From a virus (taxonomy: Duplodnaviria > Caudoviricetes), in IMG/VR virus record IMGVR_UViG_3300032373_000050, positions 1 through 38,091 of that record: a stretch of DNA of 38,091 nt. One strand, given 5' to 3'. The position numbers and the translations under genes were made by a program. The notes under the pieces were generated by a model, which saw only the letters and a list, made by a program, of their open reading frames with translations, had not been told where the DNA came from and did not search any database. Positions 34,483 through 38,091 of this stretch are shown one piece after another (positions within the stretch are counted from its first letter, which is position 1; each line of letters begins with the position of its first letter).

Positions 34483-37073
34483 GCCTGCCATCGATCTTCG
34501 AGCAAGGTGCAGGTCCACGCCTTCTTTCCGCTGCGCTTCTTCTGGATCCCCAGCTTCTTCTCGTTGCGCTTGAGCCCCTGAGAGAAGCCTTTGGATCCGA
34601 GCGGTCTGCACCCGTTCTCCATGCACCACGATCGATAGTCCTTGTACAGCGGTGTGCTCTGCGTCTCGCCACCGACAGAGATCCGCTCTCGTGCCCAGCG
34701 CAGCACAGGATCCTCAGACAGCCGCCAATGAGATAGCTCCTCGTGTACATCAGTCGGGATCGTGTAGCCTGCATCTGTCATCTGACTGGCGAACCAGATC
34801 GCCACGGCAGCCAGACCAGCAGCCTCGGAGCGCAGCCGATCGGCAACCCCCAGATCTTGGGAGCCCTCCTCCGTGAATGAGCGATGGAAGCGCACCGGCA
34901 GCCACCGCCGCCAGAAGCCATTAGAGCGATCTCGTGTGGGCGGCAGCTCGTTCCCGCTGAACATATGCGCCGCGCGGGGTGTGATCAGGTATGCCGCTTT
35001 GTGCTTGGGCTCGACGCTGATCCGGTCGCCGGACACAGCCATCTTGAAGTTTCCAGCGGTGACAATCTCCTTATCTGGAATGTCACTGTATACATTCAGC
35101 CGAGCATTAGACAGGGCCACTGTAGCGAAGCGCTCACCCATGTCTGCGGGAGCCAAGCAGCACAGGGAGGAGTCAGGGAACGCGGCCTGTATGCCTGAGA
35201 ATAGAGTGCTCTTTCCATCGCCACCACTGCCGACACAGAAGAGAACCTTCTCGTGCTTGGTTGCTGTGCCGAGCAGTGCCGCCCCGATGAATTGCAAGAT
35301 CAGCTCTGCTTTCTTGCAGCCCTCCTCTGCACCGTCCGGCTGGAACACCTCGGAGAAGAACCGCGCCCACTGTGGGATCCGCTCCAGCCAAGGCCCCTTG
35401 AGAGGTCTGTACTTGATGTCAAGCACATCCCCTTCGAGCAGTCGGTGCTGCGGCCCGTTGGGCTCCGCGTAGCCGTCAGGTCGGACCAGAGCATCAAGGA
35501 ACCCGCAGCCCTGGGCACGCTTCTCGAAGAACCCCGGCTGGTCAAGGATCGCGGCAGCCTGCTTGCATATGCCCTGGATCTTGCCGTCGCTGAGGAGCAG
35601 TGCGCGGGTCTTGACCTCATCATCTTTACGGCTGGTGAAAACCCGTGCCCCGTCGTAGCTCTGGATCATGCGCATCGCTTGGCGGTCTTTGATCTCAACC
35701 CATGCGCCGCGCGATGGTTTCCAGCGGTAGAAGCTCTCTCTATCGAAGACAGCGTGATCACCCATGCAGTCGAGCACGAACGCGCGGGCGACCTCGACAT
35801 CGGAGCCGCGCGCGAAATGAGCCTCCTCCCAAGGCCCGCGCTTGTCGAGCTTCTCCAGATCTACGCCAGAGGGGAAAGGGGGAAGCTCTAAGGGCTCAGT
35901 CTTCGATTCTGCTGGCTTCTGCACCGGCTTATGACTCAGCACAGCAGCACGCTTCTTGAAGGGTTGGGAGAGCCCGTTGCACAGTTCGACGCCGAACCAG
36001 CCGATCAGCCTGCCGATGTTGAGCATCTGGTGCCCGCTGTGGTGGCACACTGCTGTAGGGATCTCCCCACCGCCGCCCTCTTTTACGAACACGGTGGCGC
36101 GGGATCCGTGGTCTTCTTTCCATGGGCAGGTCGCGCGGAACCCTCCCGCGCAGTCCTTCAAGAACAGACCAGCGCCCTCAAATAGAGAGCGGATATTGAT
36201 CGTGCTCACATCGCCGGTGTAGCCCTCGGGCAAATTCAGGGACCCGCCCTTGCTCCCGCTCGACGGTGGGGGCGCTTGGCGCGGTGCAGGAACTGCTCGT
36301 GGCACCGGCTTGCTGTAGTCGTATCTGCGCAGGGTCAGCACGGTGGCGCAGCGGGCCAACTCACGCACGACCCGAGGGGCAGCCCCTTTCAGGTTGACGC
36401 TCCCGATCTCCCTGAGCAGCCGAGTGCCGCAGTCGTGCACGGCAGGATCGAGCAGATCGAACCCTGCCGAGTCGTTCAGCGCCATGACCGCGCGGCGGTT
36501 GAGCGCTCGCGCTGCATCGGCTGAGATCTGAGCGTGTGGGGTGTCGGTGCGTCCCTCATCAGAGGGCAGATGGTACACGGCGTGCACGCCATATCCTGAG
36601 CAGGTCAGGACTGTGGGGGTCGCATTGTAGAAGCGTTTTAGCCGAGTCACAATGATGCCAGCCAGCTCGGTGACGAGGTGGTCAAGCCGGTCGTGATCCA
36701 TCCGATAGAGAGCAGCCTTGACGGCCTTCTTCTGCCGCTCGTGGTCGGTCTTGGCTTTCGCCATCGCGAGAACCACTAGAGCGGGGGCTTTGGCGATCGC
36801 CTTCTGTACCTGCTCCGGTGTGAGCTTCTCCGCGATCATGAAGTCCACAAGATCCGCGTCATGCACAAGGCATGCGACCCGCCCGAGGTGCTCCGCGCTG
36901 GCGTCCGGTGCGTCTTTGCTCCACTCACCTGTCGCGAGATAGGTCTGCTCGACCCACTCACCTGTCAGGGCGTGCTTGCTGCGGATCACCCGCTCGACGT
37001 GCACACCGCCTGCGGTGATGGGGGGCAGCAGTGACACCGCTGGACGCACTGATCTGATTATGTTAGTAGCCAT
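34479..37073 (-). CDS. Primase-helicase: RepB-like primase, Zn finger, D5/P4-family SF3 helicase, C-terminal winged helix
   Basis: HDAD, SGYGVHAVY, RLLREIGSVNLK; CPW..DH...CHH; Walker A GSGGDGKST; NELP..DRSNGFWRR; LYKDYRSWC. Confidence 0.93.
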   Translation of the reverse strand: MATNIIRSVRPAVSLLPPITAGGVHVERVIRSKHALTGEWVEQTYLATGEWSKDAPDASAEHLGRVACLVHDADLVDFMIAEKLTPEQVQKAIAKAPALVVLAMAKAKTDHERQKKAVKAALYRMDHDRLDHLVTELAGIIVTRLKRFYNATPTVLTCSGYGVHAVYHLPSDEGRTDTPHAQISADAARALNRRAVMALNDSAGFDLLDPAVHDCGTRLLREIGSVNLKGAAPRVVRELARCATVLTLRRYDYSKPVPRAVPAPRQAPPPSSGSKGGSLNLPEGYTGDVSTINIRSLFEGAGLFLKDCAGGFRATCPWKEDHGSRATVFVKEGGGGEIPTAVCHHSGHQMLNIGRLIGWFGVELCNGLSQPFKKRAAVLSHKPVQKPAESKTEPLELPPFPSGVDLEKLDKRGPWEEAHFARGSDVEVARAFVLDCMGDHAVFDRESFYRWKPSRGAWVEIKDRQAMRMIQSYDGARVFTSRKDDEVKTRALLLSDGKIQGICKQAAAILDQPGFFEKRAQGCGFLDALVRPDGYAEPNGPQHRLLEGDVLDIKYRPLKGPWLERIPQWARFFSEVFQPDGAEEGCKKAELILQFIGAALLGTATKHEKVLFCVGSGGDGKSTLFSGIQAAFPDSSLCCLAPADMGERFATVALSNARLNVYSDIPDKEIVTAGNFKMAVSGDRISVEPKHKAAYLITPRAAHMFSGNELPPTRDRSNGFWRRWLPVRFHRSFTEEGSQDLGVADRLRSEAAGLAAVAIWFASQMTDAGYTIPTDVHEELSHWRLSEDPVLRWARERISVGGETQSTPLYKDYRSWCMENGCRPLGSKGFSQGLKRNEKKLGIQKKRSGKKAWTCTLLEDRWQA

Positions 37074-37095
37074 TTATATCACCTCTGAAGTTTCT

Positions 37096-37128
37096 AATCC
37101 CCGGCGCGTTACAACCGTTCCGGGGATT
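37096..37128 (-). promoter_or_regulatory. Stem-loop upstream of the primase ribosome-binding site
   Basis: 9-bp inverted repeat AATCCCCGG / CCGGGGATT. Confidence 0.45.
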
Positions 37129-37134
37129 CCTTTA

Positions 37135-37509
37135 TCACACCGCCAGACTTTTACTCAGCTTCAACCGCTCAGGGATGACCACCGAGCACGTCCATTCCTT
37201 TGAGCCGCTCTTGCGCTTGACGATACCTGTACCTGCTACTGCAGCCCTGAGCGCCTGAGAGAATGACTTGACCCCGAGCGGGGGTAGAGCGGCGCGGCTG
37301 CACCAGTCCGCGTAGTGCGCGTGAAGCGTGGTTGTCTGTGACAGACCTCCGGTGCGAACGAACGCAGCGACCCACAGCGTGAAGGTGCTGTGCTGATCGC
37401 CTTCCGTGTTCGCGGCCTTGCCGAGCAGCTCCTTGATCTTCTCTTGGTGGTACTGGATCCGGCGAGTAGAGGACATCATCCGGTACTCGTCTGGGTAGGT
37501 GTGCTTCAT
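37135..37509 (-). CDS. Stand-alone paralog of the primase-helicase C-terminal winged-helix domain
   Basis: 26/63 ungapped identities to the primase C-terminus (hand count); AAGGAG SD, ATG 37509. Confidence 0.85.
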   Translation of the reverse strand: MKHTYPDEYRMMSSTRRIQYHQEKIKELLGKAANTEGDQHSTFTLWVAAFVRTGGLSQTTTLHAHYADWCSRAALPPLGVKSFSQALRAAVAGTGIVKRKSGSKEWTCSVVIPERLKLSKSLAV

Positions 37510-37539
37510 TTCTTCTCCTTGCACATGTACCGTAACCGT

Positions 37540-37860
37540 CGCGACACTTGCGCGCAACTTGAAGCCGATAAGTTAAGCATCTGCCCTCATGTGCTACTTC
37601 GCACCCACTTTGAACCCTACTTCAAAAACATACAAGGTGTTGTTTTAACTGTTGATATACCACTTGCTATACTTGCTACACTTCATATTTAAAGTATATA
37701 TATGGAGCTGATGCATCCACACTTAGGGGTGTATAGATTCTTGCAGTATGGAAACTTTTTGTTTCCAAGTGTCCAAGTAGCACAAAGCCTACAAAGCCCA
37801 GAGAAGCCGCGCACATAGGCCCGTTCTCAAGTGGATCTGAAGTAGCACCAAGTGTACAGC
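37540..37860. other. Putative replication origin with inverted iterons around an AT-rich core
   Basis: ACTT-core repeats on the left (GTGCTACTT 37591; ACTTGCTA tandem 37662-37678), AAGT-core repeats on the right (AAGTAGCAC 37775, 37840; CCAAGTGT 37765, 37848), AT tract near 37685-37703. Confidence 0.65.
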
Positions 37861-37865
37861 GCAAA

Positions 37866-37890
37866 GAAAAACCCCTCACAGTGGAGGGGT
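37866..37890 (-). terminator. Rho-independent terminator
   Basis: Minus strand ACCCCTC-CACTGT-GAGGGGT followed by TTTTCTTT, after the junction-spanning gene. Confidence 0.7.
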
Positions 37891-37929
37891 AGTGTAGCCT
37901 AAAATGTCAGTCGGGGCGGCAAGGTGTGA

Positions 37930-38091
37930 TCAATGTTCGGAGCTACTCAGGATCCCTGCTGGGGCGACGGTTGCCCACTCTGCGGCGCGCAGTGAGACAA
38001 CTGTGCCGCTGTGCCCCATCGTGACGTTGCCCCATTGACTGCCAACTATCTTGAGCGAGTCAGTATCACCGGGCTCGTCGTAGGTGACCCT
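37930..38091 (-). CDS. C-terminal part of the junction-spanning hypothetical protein
   Basis: In frame with 1-295; stop TGA at 37930-37932. Confidence 0.65.
   Translation of the reverse strand, partial: RVTYDEPGDTDSLKIVGSQWGNVTMGHSGTVVSLRAAEWATVAPAGILSSSEH
37966..38091. repeat. Terminal direct repeat (copy 2)
   Basis: Identical to 2-127. Confidence 0.95.

Noticed and set aside
1-38091. Apparent abundance of GATC sites as a modification target
   Set aside because: Visual impression only; needs an observed/expected tetranucleotide count, which I could not run
1-38091. Alternative genetic code or stop-codon reassignment
   Set aside because: Core genes are full length in the standard code and use TAA, TGA and TAG stops

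Overview
The window is an apparently complete ~37.96-kb circular or circularly permuted genome of a tailed dsDNA phage. Bases 2-127 are repeated at 37966-38091, and a minus-strand ORF reads through the junction. It is siphovirus-like: TerS/TerL, portal fused to a MuF domain, HK97-type protease and capsid, neck proteins, tail tube, chaperone, a 740-aa tape measure and tail-tip genes, with no sheath. Other recognisable genes are a primase-SF3 helicase beside an iteron-like origin, RusA, an adenine methyltransferase, a DpdA/TGT-like transglycosylase, an amidase endolysin, a SLOG protein and HTH/RHH regulators at three divergent promoter regions. I found no integrase. The most striking signal is that two essential enzymes each have a nearby stand-alone copy of their own C-terminal domain. 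One is a terminase nuclease domain whose catalytic acidic residues are replaced (9208-10014). The other is the primase-helicase winged-helix domain beside the origin (37135-37509). These could be decoys or dominant-negative regulators (inference). Accessory genes also sit in arrays delimited by short direct repeats. A DTG/DSG-repeat lipoprotein hints at a Myxococcota host (inference). All calls come from reading motifs by eye; no searches were run.
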